A DNA stretch of 64,000 bases from Octopus bimaculoides (Eukaryota). Location: contig NC_069001.1 in NCBI RefSeq assembly GCF_001194135.2, positions 24,047,207 to 24,111,206 on the forward strand, read 5' to 3'. Below, one piece after another: positions 11,179 to 23,228 of the stretch. The translations under genes were made by a program, and so were the position numbers. Positions within the stretch are counted from its first letter, which is position 1, and each line of letters opens with the position of its first letter. The notes under the pieces were generated by a model. It was given only the letters and a program-made list of their open reading frames with translations. It searched no databases and had not been told where the DNA came from.

Positions 11179-11566
11179 CTCATTTACTTGTTTCATTTGA
11201 CTGTGGCCATACTGGAGCACCACCTTTAATCGAGCAAATCGACCCCAGGACTTATTCTTTGGAAGCCTAGTACTTATTCTATCGGTTTCTTTTGCCAAAC
11301 CGCTAAGTTATGGGGACATAAACACACCAGCATCGGTTGTCAAGCGATGGCGGGGGACACACACACAAACACACATACGTGTATATATATATACATATAT
11401 ACGACGGGCTTCTTTCGGTTTTCGTCTACCAAATCCACTCACAAGGCTTTGGTCAGCCCGAGGCTATAGTAGAAGATACTTGCCCAAGGTGCCACGCAGT
11501 GGGACTGAACCCGGAACTATGTGGTTGGTAAGCAAGCTACTTACCACACAGTCACTCCTGCGCCTA
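11179..11566 (-). mobile_element. SINE-A: full-length CORE-like tRNA SINE with internal microsatellite
   Basis: Head GGCGCAGGAGTGACTGTGTGGTAAG, CORE-like GTGGCACCTTGGGCAAGT, internal (TA/TG)n, tail GGTGGTGCTCCAGTATGGCCACAGTCAAATGAAACAAGTAAA. Confidence 0.9.
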
Positions 11567-11595
11567 TATATATGTAAATATACATACATACATAC

Positions 11596-11676
<81 letters not shown>

Positions 11677-12217
11677 CATATGTGTATGTGTGTAATATAT
11701 CTTCCTATCAAAATTCTCAGAAATATTGCTGATAGAGGCTATACATGTTACTCCATCAAAGCCATTAGGGAGTAACACTTTAATTGCATTATATAAGATA
11801 GAGCCGATGTGATACTGGAGATATCAACTCATTATCCTTATGATATTTTATAGCTAGCTTAAGATAATGGCATGATAACTGTATTTTTATTTTCCCATGC
11901 AGTGATGAATTTAGCTGTTGCTGCTACTGCTGCTGCTGTTGTTGTTGTTGCTATTGATATTGTTGTTGTTTTAATGGTTCTTTGTTCTGATTGGTTCATA
12001 TTAATGTCAACATTCATTTCTGAATATTTTGACTCCTTTCAAAAGATTTCTGACTGTTTGGTACACTGCCAAAAGGATTGTACTCACTCATAAATGCTAT
12101 TCCATCATAAAAATATATGGGCATATAATGTGTGTGTGCGTGTTTGTGTGTAATGTAACCTCGTGGGCATCGGTGCCATTTTTCTCTTCCTCCGTTTTTC
12201 CATTCTTTGAACTTTCC

Positions 12218-12256
12218 GTCTTTCCGATGAAGGGCTCCGCCCGAAACGTCATTCTC
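12218..12256 (+). ncRNA. Minimal hammerhead-like motif, variant core CCGAUGA
   Basis: CCGATGA-A-GGGC-TCC-GCCC-GAAA-CGTC at 12224-12250 with palindromic ACGT stem III. Stem I pairs poorly. Confidence 0.55.
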
Positions 12257-13375
12257 TTTCCTTTCCCGAGCGTCCAATAACGCTATCCGTATCACGTCCT
12301 CACATTTTGTTATTGTTTTTTGTGTTTTTTTTAACTTATATATATATGCTTCCGGTCAATAATCCTTTCCTTCCTTGGCTTTCGCCAAGCAACGCACGCA
12401 CCACTTTGTCTCTCTCGGGTCTGTGCCTCATCGCGTTCTTACACACATAATTGTTCTCGTCTGGCCGTAAAGCCTTTTCTGTTTGTTTTCCNNNNNNNNN
12501 NNNNNNNNNNNNNNNNNNNNNNNNNNNNNNNNNNNNNNNNNNNNNNNNNNNNNNNNNNNNNNNNNNNNNNNNNNNNNNNNNNNNNNNNNNNNNNNNNNNN
12601 NNNNNNNNNNNNNNNNNNNNNNNNNNNNNNNNNNNNNNNNNNNNNNNNNNNNNNNNNNNNNNNNNNNNNNNNNNNNNNNNNNNNNNNNNNNNNNNNNNNN
12701 NNNNNNNNNNNNNNNNNNNNNNNNNNNNNNNNNNNNNNNNNNNNNNNNNNNNNNNNNNNNNNNNNNNNNNNNNNNNNNNNNNNNNNNNNNNNNNNNNNNN
12801 NNNNNNNNNNNNNNNNNNNNNNNNNNNNNNNNNNNNNNNNNNNNNNNNNNNNNNNNNNNNNNNNNNNNNNNNNNNNNNNNNNNNNNNNNNNNNNNNNNNN
12901 NNNNNNNNNNNNNNNNNNNNNNNNNNNNNNNNNNNNNNNNNNNNNNNNNNNNNNNNNNNNNNNNNNNNNNNNNNNNNNNNNNNNNNNNNNNNNNNNNNNN
13001 NNNNNNNNNNNNNNNNNNNNNNNNNNNNNNNNNNNNNNNNNNNNNNNNNNNNNNNNNNNNNNNNNNNNNNNNNNNNNNNNNNNNNNNNNNNNNNNNNNNN
13101 NNNNNNNNNNNNNNNNNNNNNNNNNNNNNNNNNNNNNNNNNNNNNNNNNNNNNNNNNNNNNNNNNNNNNNNNNNNNNNNNNNNNNNNNNNNNNNNNNNNN
13201 NNNNNNNNNNNNNNNNNNNNNNNNNNNNNNNNNNNNNNNNNNNNNNNNNNNNNNNNNNNNNNAGATAGATATATTATGGACAAGTAAGTAATTTCAAATG
13301 CAGTAAAGCTTTAAGAACAGCAAAATAAGATTGGGTACTTACCTTTATAAGATAGGAACAGCTGGCCGTCTGCTG

Positions 13376-13432
<57 letters not shown>

Positions 13433-13519
13433 GTATGTATGTATATGTGTGTATATATGTATATTTGTGACCCCTTCAGTCATAAATGACCAAGGGATTG
13501 CACCTAGAAACTTTGAATG

Positions 13520-13960
13520 CTAGGTCTTGGTACTTCTTGACTTTCTCCTTCTCTACCTTCACAATATTCTAATTGGCAGGTAAAGCTACATTGGGGAAGG
13601 TCAATTCTTTGCATTCATTTCATAGGAGAGTGACTTCTGGCAGATTATGCTTCGTTATCTTGTAGCTTCTTATCTATGCAGATTGGCATATCCTACATGA
13701 TCATTCTCTGCTACTAATAGAGATTGATGCCCATACCACTTGTCGGGTCATTCTAACTTCCTGCACAACACCCTGTTATTTGCCCTGCCATTTTATCATG
13801 GTGTTTTGTTTTATATCTCTTTTGAGCCAGTTCTGAGCATCCACTGATTACATTTCTGAATAGCTCAGATGATTTATCTGGAACCACATCGTTGCAAAGG
13901 AAGCTTCTAAAAGGCACAGCCATCCCTGTGACTACACGAGGTGTTATCAAAAGGTTTCCA
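13520..13960 (-). mobile_element. Dong/R4-like RLE-type LINE C-terminal fragment
   Basis: NVISGCSELAQKRYKTKHHDKMAGQI (CCHC region) and KVEKEKVKKYQDLA (endonuclease). Confidence 0.75.
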
Positions 13961-13984
13961 GAGTAGTTATAATAACTTATTTAC

Positions 13985-14800
13985 CTAAGTTTTAACATCT
14001 TTGAAATAGTCACCTTCTGCAACAATACACTGGTCTCAGTGTTCCTCCCACAATGGCAACCTTTGAACTGAATTTCCATCTTGGGAACAGGTGGAAGTCT
14101 ACAGGTACTAAATCTGATGAATAGAGTGGGTGCACAAGTGATTCTGTTGTTTTGGGGGAGAAACTCATGAGTGAAGAAAGCTCAGTGACAGGGTGTATTG
14201 TCGTGAAGAATCCATTTTATTGTGCCCTACAGATCCAGTTGCTTTCACAGAATGTCTTCCCTCAAATGCTTCAAAACACCACAGTAGAACTCTCAGTTGA
14301 TGATCTAGCCCTGGGGAATGAATTCTTTATGGACAATACCACATTTCTGGGGGTGATGCTTGCGGTAGGTCTCCCAAACCACTAATTGTCCTCCAGAGGC
14401 ATTCTTCCATTTTTGAAGCACCCATGCCACTAAAAACATTGCATACGACCCATTGCCTCGTCGCCATAAGCTTGCCAAAGCATACCCAATGTCTCTGTAG
14501 CTGACTCCCCAAGTTTAAGGTAAAATTTCATGTTGGCTCTTTGTTCCTGTCCATGACAGAATACATGTCATCACAAAAACACAAATTTCACAACTTGCAA
14601 AGTAAACACAGTGGTGTCATTCAACACACTGCTTCATGCACGTCGCTGCTAGCTCTCACTGTACACACAATAATATGCTGCCATCTGTTGGCATGCTACA
14701 GAACTAGTCCACGAAAATGTTTTGCAGGTATCATGACTATGAGTTACAGTCTCAAAACGAGAGACTAATTCGCCTTCAAATTGAAAATAACCATCTTCCA
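13985..14800 (-). mobile_element. Mariner transposase remnant, internally deleted
   Basis: QCF*WHGCFK..(D)GRMPLED..GRP (HTH region) and WILHDNTPCH (catalytic region). Confidence 0.75.
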
Positions 14801-14958
14801 ATAAGGTGTAACTCAATGAACAATGTGATTCTAGATGTACTGATTATCTGAAATGCAGACAAAATGGTTACAGCTGGAATTCTTTTTACCATAGTCCCCG
14901 ATGATCAAAATTGAGCTGGAGCTCAACAACAAAAACAATAAATAAAATGCTAACACAC

Positions 14959-15004
<46 letters not shown>

Positions 15005-15567
15005 GTGTACACTGTGTATATAAGATCCTGAAAAGTAATATCTTCAGACCACCAGCCAGTTCCTTATGATAAGGACGGGATCTCTGTAAATAAGAGAAGT
15101 TATATCAAACTTGCCTTCTGGAAATTACGCGTGTGTTAAATAAGTTAAGACAGCTCTCAGCATCTGATTGCCACCGGCGTTTCCTGGAAAAATTAGTTGG
15201 TGACAGAAGTAATATTAAGATATATTAATTTCCTGCACAGTTACTTACTTAGATACTTACTTATTCGCATATGCACGTAGGCGTGTGGGTGTTTGTGTGC
15301 TTGTGTGCATCTGCAAACATTGTATGAATGTATGTATGATGTGTGTATGTCTGTACATATGTATGCATGCATGTATGTATGACTGTATGTGTGTATATAG
15401 TTCTTTAGTTCTTAAAGCTTTGATAAGCTTATAGTACAATCATATTACATTTATTTGCTAATATATATTATATCCATAGTTGAAATTTACAGAAAAACAA
15501 AAGACAAAGACAGGTGTGTGAACAACAATCAGATGTATTAGTTTGATGTTTGGGAAAGTGAGAAAGT

Positions 15568-15604
15568 CTTTTATGTTCCGAGCCTACACTCTTCGACAGA
15601 AAGG
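15568..15604 (-). ncRNA. Hammerhead-like motif, variant core CUGUCGA, in a microsatellite-flanked repeat
   Basis: CTTT-CTGTCGA-A-GAGT-GTAG-GCTC-GGAA-CAT-A-AAAG. Stems I and II pair; the core is non-canonical. Confidence 0.45.
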
Positions 15605-16090
15605 AATAGGAGAAAATAAAGAGAGAGAGAATAAAAACCTTATGGATTTAGCAATCAGTCATGGCAGCTGGTGGGGAAAAAAATAGGTTTGACAGGAGAG
15701 ATAGAAAGAAGGGGAGATAATAAGGTATCGGTGATCCCAAAACAAAGATGTGTGTGTGTGTGGATAGGGGCTGGTGACTTTGACTTGTGGATGTGTGCAT
15801 GTGTAAGTGTGTGGGTGTGCAGATGATGGGTGCTGGGAAGTGGTCAGTGCTAGTATGTTAGGAGTGATGTGGGGTGGGGTGATGTAGCATTGGTAGGGAT
15901 AGGTTATGTGGGAGTGGGGTGTGGGCAGAGGGAGTATCAATGAAGAGAGAAGTGAGGAAGCAGGTGTCAGAGGAAGAGAGGAAAGGAGAGGTGAGTAAGA
16001 GTGAAAAGAGGTGGGAAATTAATCCTATGTATATATGTGTGTGTGTATATATATATATATATATTTATATATATNNNNNNNNNNNNNNNN

Positions 16091-16141
<51 letters not shown>

Positions 16142-16584
16142 ATAAGTGCACATATTCACACAGTTATAAACTACATATCCTATACATACTCATATGCAAT
16201 TTGTGTATATAAATTTACTCTTACAGAAATCCGTGTGAATATATCACTACATAGATAGTGTTTAGAGTGCTATTATCTGCATATATGTATATATCTCTAT
16301 GCATATATACGATGGTGACGAGGGAGCTTGCATGGGTGTAAAATATCTTTTTCTTTTATCAGTAGAAAATTATCAACATTTATCAGTGACAAGATTCCAT
16401 TAATAATTTTACACAAATTCATAACCAAAATTCATTACAATTTTTTCCTGTGTTGCGTATTACGTAACCACCCCAACCACACTTTATTCATTCTTATGCA
16501 ACACATAACGGAAATGAGCTTGCTTCAGGCATACCATGTTTTTTCTTGTTTAAATATATTGTTTATTGCTTTTGATTTAGTGGT

Positions 16585-16789
16585 TGTTGTCATCATCATC
16601 ATCATCTTCAACACCATAATTATTATCGTCATCACCATCGTCATCATCACCATTGTCATCATCATCGTCATTGTCATCATCGTCATCATCATCATCATCA
16701 TCATCCCCTTCATCATTATCATCATCATCAGCATCATTGTCGTTGTCATCATCATCATCATTATAGTAATGATTATTATTATTATTATT
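16585..16789. repeat. (ATC/GTC/ATT)n microsatellite
   Basis: Directly visible; explains the poly-I, poly-M and poly-D ORFs. Confidence 0.95.
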
Positions 16790-17971
16790 GAGTGAGCGAA
16801 CACTGCATGCCATCATAGTGACACTGGGATAAAGTATACGAAGCCCTGTATACCCATCATGACTACCTATGTGATAAGGGTACACCAGGCATATGAATCA
16901 CAATCTTTTATGTGTGACATGGTGATTTCATATCAAGATAAAGACCACATGACCCCGTAGGTGGGGCTCAGTTAGAATTTTCTTCAGGTTACTCTTTTAC
17001 ACTTTTACTTGTTTCAGTCATTTGACTGCGGCCATGCTGGAGCACCACCTTTAGTCGAGCAAATCGACCCCACGACTTATTCTTTGTAAGCCTAGTACTT
17101 ATTCTATCGGTCTCTTTTTGCCGAACTGCTAGTTTACGCGGACGTATACACACCAGCATCGGTTGTCAAGCGATGGTGGGGAGACAAACACAGACACACA
17201 AATACACATACATATATATATACATACATATATACGACAAGCTTCTTTCCGTTTCCGTCTACCAAATCCACTCAGAAGGCTTTGGTCGGCCCGAGGCTAT
17301 AGTAGAAGACACTTGCCCAAGGTACCACGCTGTGGTACTGAACCCGCAACCATGTGGTTAAGTTACTTGCCGCACAATCACTCCTGCCTTGAGTAGCCCA
17401 TCCCATTCAAAAGGTCCCTGAATAAGATTTGTTTAAGAATGTTGAGCAAAACACACGTTTCCAAAGGTGAATTATTCAAATCCCAAAGAATTCCTCTCAA
17501 TACATGGCTATGATGCTCCCCCTCTACTTCTGCTCATGATCAGAGATGCACATATCATCAGCCACAAAAGGACATGCTCAACTGTGGTATTAAGCAGAAT
17601 ATTTGCTGTAACCCATTTAGTTAGAATTTTCTTCTGATCGAGTAGACCATCCAGCTCAAAAGGTCCCCGAATAAGGGTTGTTTCAGGATGTTGAAAAAAA
17701 TACTCATGTTTCCAGAGGTGAATTCTACTCAACATATGGTTATGATGCTCCCCCACTACTTCTACTTATGATCAGAGATGAACGTATTGTCAACCAGAAG
17801 GAGTAAGTTCAACTGATTAAGGTCAAACGACTGACAAGCAAATCTGTGGAAAAGAGCAGAATATTTGCTGTAACCCACCTTTTATACCAAGGTAAAACAA
17901 TGTACATGATAACACTTCCAATCAGCTAAGATGAGAAGCCATGAGAGCCACTGCCTAGTACTGCATCGGGG
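16790..17971 (-). mobile_element. SINE-E: non-tRNA short retroposon in (TAA)n, with nested SINE-A and an internal tandem duplication
   Basis: Reverse copy of 31443-32100; (ATT)n on both sides; interrupted at 16991-17389. Confidence 0.8.
16991..17389 (-). mobile_element. SINE-A full-length, nested in SINE-E
   Basis: Matches 11179-11566 and splits the host sequence TTCTTCAGGT|TGAGTAGCCC. Confidence 0.9.
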
Positions 17972-18039
17972 AATTTTTATTGTTATTATTATTAGTAGTA
18001 GTGGTGGTAGTGGTGGTGGCGGCGATGACGGCGGCGGCA

Positions 18040-18230
18040 GCATTTTGTCTGTCTTGACATTATGAGTTCAAATTCCGCCAAGGTCAGCTTTGCCTTTCAT
18101 CTTTTCAGAGTCGATGAAACAAGTCATAGTTACGCACTGGGTCGATGCAATCGACTAACCCCCACCCTTCAAATTTTTGGCTCTCTACCAATAGTGGAAA
18201 AGATTATTATTATTATTATTATTATAAAGA
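18040..18230 (+). mobile_element. SINE-B
   Basis: GAGTTCAAATTCCGCC...GCCTTTCATC...GTCGATG with an (ATT)n tail. Confidence 0.75.
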
Positions 18231-18249
18231 ATAAAAAGTTTTGAATGGT

Positions 18250-18530
18250 ACAACAATGCACTATAATACAAAAAATGGACTATATACCTGTTGTAATTTA
18301 GTTATCCATAGTCCAATGATATTTCGGAATACAATTCCTTCTTCAGATCTTCTTAGATGGAGTCTCTGCTATAAACTGTTTTCCAACGGTTTTCTTTTTT
18401 GTCGGAAGCGTCTCAGTAGTGGTCTCATGAAGCTCGTTCCGGAATTCCTCATGAGAAGTGTGTGAGGTCGACTATGTTTCAATCTCATGTATGTTGGTAT
18501 ATCTGTAGCGCTGCTTCTAAGTTATGTGTT
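18250..18530 (-). mobile_element. Probable Penelope-like 3' end (GIY-YIG C-terminal remnant plus ribozyme)
   Basis: KRKPLE(K)QFIAETPSK resembles the GIY-YIG terminal RxxxExxFIxxxxPxLN and is immediately followed by a hammerhead. Confidence 0.5.
18315..18349 (-). ncRNA. Minimal type-I hammerhead ribozyme with intact catalytic core
   Basis: GAT-CTGAAGA-A-GGAAT-TGT-ATTCC-GAAA-TATC-ATT. Palindromic ATAT stem III; AUC cleavage at 18318. Degenerate relative at 49309-49335. Confidence 0.75.
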
Positions 18531-18983
18531 ATACATGCAGCTTCTCATTTTTTTTTTTGTTATAAACAATACATGAGCATTTTATTAAGAATGAACCTAA
18601 ACACGTCAAGATGTGGTTAGGAAGCAAGCTTCCTACCACACAACCACACCTGCACCTATATATGTATGCATGTATGTATATATGTGTGCATGTATGTATG
18701 TATTTATCTATGTATGTATAGGTTACAGTAGTGAGGGAAAGCAAGCAATTAGGCAAGACTTGAAAAGGACTTAATTTAATTTAATTTAATTACATAACAA
18801 ATGGTAAAAAAAAACACTGTAATTACTGAAATAATTCCTGGTAAGCATTATTTTAATGGCACACCTATCTGAGCACTTAAAATGCATACTTATTAGTCTG
18901 AGTCACTCTGACGAAAGCTCCTTCTATCCGATACATATGCATGTATGTATTTGTGTGTGCATGTATGTGTGTCTGTGTGTATG

Positions 18984-19030
<47 letters not shown>

Positions 19031-19510
19031 GTGAGTGCATGTAGTTGTGTATGTGTGTTTAGCCCAAAGCAGTTCAGAAACAGTGCATCCTTGAGAAAAA
19101 CGAATTTGATTTTCCAAAGCTGCATGTCACAGAAAATTTTATTCATAAATTATATTAGAAACATAATTTGCTATGAGAAATAACTTCTGGATCGACAACT
19201 TTCCCACTCTCTATCTATCAGCATCACTGTATCTCTATATATATTTACTGCACTCTTTGACACACACTCCCTTTGTATATGTATTAACTCTCGTGCATAA
19301 CTTTCATTTTGCTTACAACCTTTTCTAATGTTTACTTTCACTTCATGATACACAGCTTATGCATAAAATGCTTAGCTTCCAAATCTTTTTTTACTGATTG
19401 GGGAATGAAAATATTAAAAGAAATTTTACTGTTGTCATTGAATTACATTTCATTATCTGTTTGAAAATTAAGTGGAGATTGTAGTTTTCATTTTTTTTTT
19501 CGTTTTTAAC

Positions 19511-20760
19511 CTTTACTTTTAACATTTACTAGTTTCAGCCCAGGGCTGAGGTCATGCTGGTGCACCACCTGTAGCTACTCGGTGTTGTTTCCGGTATTGA
19601 TTTTGGTGAAGTAGCGAGTTGGATGGAGCTGCTCTTCATGTTTCCTGCCGTGATGTGGGTTCATCTGGCATCTCTCAGATAGAAACCTGTCCAGACGTTC
19701 TTCGAAAACTTCACATTGTAGATAATTTCCACATTGTTTGTAAAACAGAGGTCAAGGATATTTTTATACCTGGTTGGAAAGAGTATGATCTGCCCCATGA
19801 ATAACATTTTCATAAGATCAAGTAGAGATTCTGCTTGATTTCACTTTGTGCAACATTCCTGGGGTTATATTGCCCTTGGGCCACCTGAGGTTGGGGAAGT
19901 TGAAGTCACCCATTAAGAATATAGTAGTACGTTGATCCAATTCTGTTAGTACTTCCTTTATCGCACTGAGGCTTTCTTCAAATTTTCCATCATGATTTGG
20001 GGCATCAGGTGGGCGATATAGTGTGCATATCACTATATCAAGTTGCTTTAGATGTAGTATGAGTGTTTCCACCCAAGCAAGTTCGACTTTGATAACAGGG
20101 TCAATGGTGTGACATCTCGGATGTACATTGCAACACCACCATGACTTCTTTTTCTTCTGTCTGTACGGAAGATAGCATACATTGGTACNNNNNNNNNNNN
20201 NNNNNNNNNNNNNNNNNNNNNNNNNNNNNNNNNNNNNNNNNNNNNNNNNNNNNNNNNNNNNNNNNNNNNNNNNNNNNNNNNNNNNNNNNNNNNNNNNNNN
20301 NNNNNNNNNNNNNNNNNNNNNNNNNNNNNNNNNNNNNNNNNNNNNNNNNNNNACCACCATGACTTCTTTTTCTTCTGTCTGTACGGAAGATAGCATACAT
20401 TGGTACGTGTATCTCCACATCACTTATGTCTCCAGATGTGTTTCTGCAAGTGCAATGCATATAGCTTGATTACATGCAGAAAGCTTCTTCAGGTGTTCAA
20501 TTTGGCATTTGCTGTTGTTCTGTAGCAGGCCTCTTATATTCATTAGTAAAAATAGCATTGGTGTTGGCCTGATGGGTGGTTTGATGGCAGGGGTGGCCAG
20601 CCAGAGTCCATCAATTGTGGTGGTCTTGTGTGCGAGGGTACATAACTCACCTTTGTCTGTAGCCATGACAACTGTTGCACTATTTCCTGTGCCACACTTA
20701 AAAATGTTGTTGCTCAACCACTGGCCTTCTTTTCTGCAGGCCAGGCAGAAGTCATCATCA
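19511..20760 (-). mobile_element. CR1-like LINE: APE endonuclease joined to the ORF2 C-terminus and 3' tail (RT deleted)
   Basis: MNIRGL...IALAETHL; YAIFRTDRRKRSHGG; TLYRPPD; LMGDFNFP; ILDLCFTN; then LDRFL..PDEP and RAAPSNSL. Confidence 0.85.
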
Positions 20761-20928
20761 CCATCGCCAGCAAATCAAGATTATCTGAAGAGGTGCACAA
20801 GTGTACCACATGTCATGTGTCAAAGTGAATGCAGAGCAACGTGAGATGAAGTGTTTTGCTCAAGAACACAATGCCCCACCTGGTCCAGGAATTGAAATCA
20901 TGACCTAGCAATCATGAGTGCTTGGTCT

Positions 20929-20960
<32 letters not shown>

Positions 20961-21899
20961 TACACACATACACACATGCACACACACACACAACTGTGTA
21001 TATATACATATATATACATTTATATATGCACATATTGTATCATATGCATGTGTGTGTGTATATATGTATATATATATATGAAATGCAGTTAGTCCGGCTT
21101 GCTAAAGATTCTGCCTGCTTACCACCTACAAAACAACAACAATAACAACAATAATAATAATGATAATGGTGATGTTGATTATGTGGCTGATGATAATTTT
21201 TACAATATTACCACAAGGGCTTGAAGTTAGACAAAAGAATGTTAAACTTTCAATAGGGATTACAGAAAAAAGAAAGGTTAACCTGCTGTGTAAGAAAATA
21301 AATAAATATAAACATTAGGAAATTTAAAGGGTGGCATGAGAAATGTTTTATAATATATGAAAGGAAATATGAGGAATTTTAAAGGTTAAGATGCATTCAC
21401 CCAACATGTATATGCATGAAGAATACTTACATATCTAATAAATACATACACACATACTTTTGTGCATGTGTACACTCACACACATTTATGTAAACATGCA
21501 TTCACACATGTTTGAGTGGAAATGATTAAAAAAATACAACAAAGCAAATTATTGGAACAAAATATATTTAAAGGAAATGAAATGCAGAACATAATTAGTT
21601 ATGCAGAATAACAACACTTCACAGTCCTCTTCATTCTTGCAATTCCTCAAATTGGTTTTGAGTGCATCCTAATGCACTTCTAAGCAATTTTTGAGACGTT
21701 TGGTTTTGAAAAATCTTAACATCTTGAGAATATTTCATTTTAAGTGAAGTGTTGTGCCTTTGCTTTAATTTCACTGTTTTTTATAGATTAATTGAATAAA
21801 CTAGTGTTTGCATGTTGTTTATATTCTGAACCTAACAGATTGTGTGTCATTATGACTCCTTTGGAGAGTACATGATGCCAGAGATATATAATCTTGTCT

Positions 21900-22650
21900 A
21901 TTAACAGCTTATTTTATTTTCAAAGAATGGTGGATCTTAAATTATCTCTGTGCTCTTTATTTTCTTCGTTGTTTTTCCTGAAGAGAGGCACCATTGTGGT
22001 TTTAAAGAAATATTTTTCTCACCTGATTTTAAAATTTTATGTTGAATTTCTTTTTCTGAGAATTTCCCCTTGTTTAGTTTTTGCATTTGTCTTTTCAGCC
22101 TTTGTTTAGAAATTTTCACTTGTAATTATAATTCCTACCTCACTGCATGATGGACGCTAGTAGCAAATGTGGTGTTTGCTCGTCTATTTGAGATTCTGCA
22201 CATTAAGCTATTTTCTATGCTATCCTTGGATTTTTGGTTGGTGGTTCTTTGGAAACTGGGTTTTTGTTCATTTTACTTTTGCTCTTTATTTGTTTCTTTT
22301 TCTTTACTTTTGCTTCATCTTTCTATTTCTCTAGGGCATTCAGCTCTGAGATGAATTTTACTTCGACAAATCTAACAACTTGGCATGCCACCCTGTATAA
22401 TCAATCTGAAACGTTTTATCTCAGTACCTTCTAAAAGGCACATTTTCAATATGGTTCTGTGGTCTTAAGATGCCATTGGGATTTGCAGGTCCACTTTAAT
22501 GCATTGTGATGTTATGTAACCTTATGCTAACTCTGCTTTGACCTCTCTGTCATACTGTGATCCAAAAGTCCTGTCTAGCCATAAATCTACATCATGTCTA
22601 GTGTCTCTTATTGTGACTCTTATATTTCTTTGACCCATGTACTGTAATAC
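21900..22650 (-). mobile_element. Tx1/L1-like ORF1 remnant
   Basis: QYMGQRNIRVTI and knuckle GGMPSC*ICRSKIHLRAECP at 22377-22336; homologous to the ORF1s at 6238 and 7712. Confidence 0.7.
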
Positions 22651-22655
22651 TGTAA

Positions 22656-23228
22656 TGGTTGTTGTGCAGTAAAGCAAACTTCGAGAGAGCTGAACTATGG
22701 TATGAACACAAGCCAGAGGGAGTAATGGAAAATGAACATTACAAAATACTCTGGGATTTTAACATACAGTGCGACCAAGTCACAGAGGCGACACCGCCAG
22801 TTATCGTGATCATTCATAAAGATGAAAAAGATGCAAAGATAATAGATGTTGCAATACCAGGTGATTCGAGGGTAAAATATAAGGAAACAGAAAAGTTTGA
22901 GAAATACCAGCCATTGTGGGACGAGATAGAAAAGTTATGGGGCATGAGGAAAGAAATGGTGATACCGGTGGAAATTGGAGCATTAGAGGCAGTTTCCAAG
23001 AGCTTTAAAAAACATATTAAGAATATTGGAGCTGCTGTCAGGCTCAAAGTGACCCAGAAGAAAGCATTGTTGGGTACAGCTCACATTCTAAGGAGAGTAT
23101 TGTCTCTTTGAGACACAGGAGAAGGCACTACTTGAAATCTTTGGTGATTTATTATTGCCTGCTTTCAGGAAAAGAATAACTGGTAATTAAGAACTATCCG
23201 AGAGTCTTTCATAATAATAATAATAATG
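22656..23228 (+). mobile_element. Dong/R4-like LINE 3' end: restriction-like endonuclease ORF (22659-23111) and (TAA)n tail
   Basis: KILWDFNIQCD...IIDVAIPGD..VKYKETEKFEKY...VIPVEIGAL...QKKALLGTAHILRRVL. Confidence 0.9.

Noticed and set aside
20135-20406. 54-bp direct repeat flanking a gap
   Set aside because: Identical sequence on both sides of an N run; most likely unmerged contig overlap.
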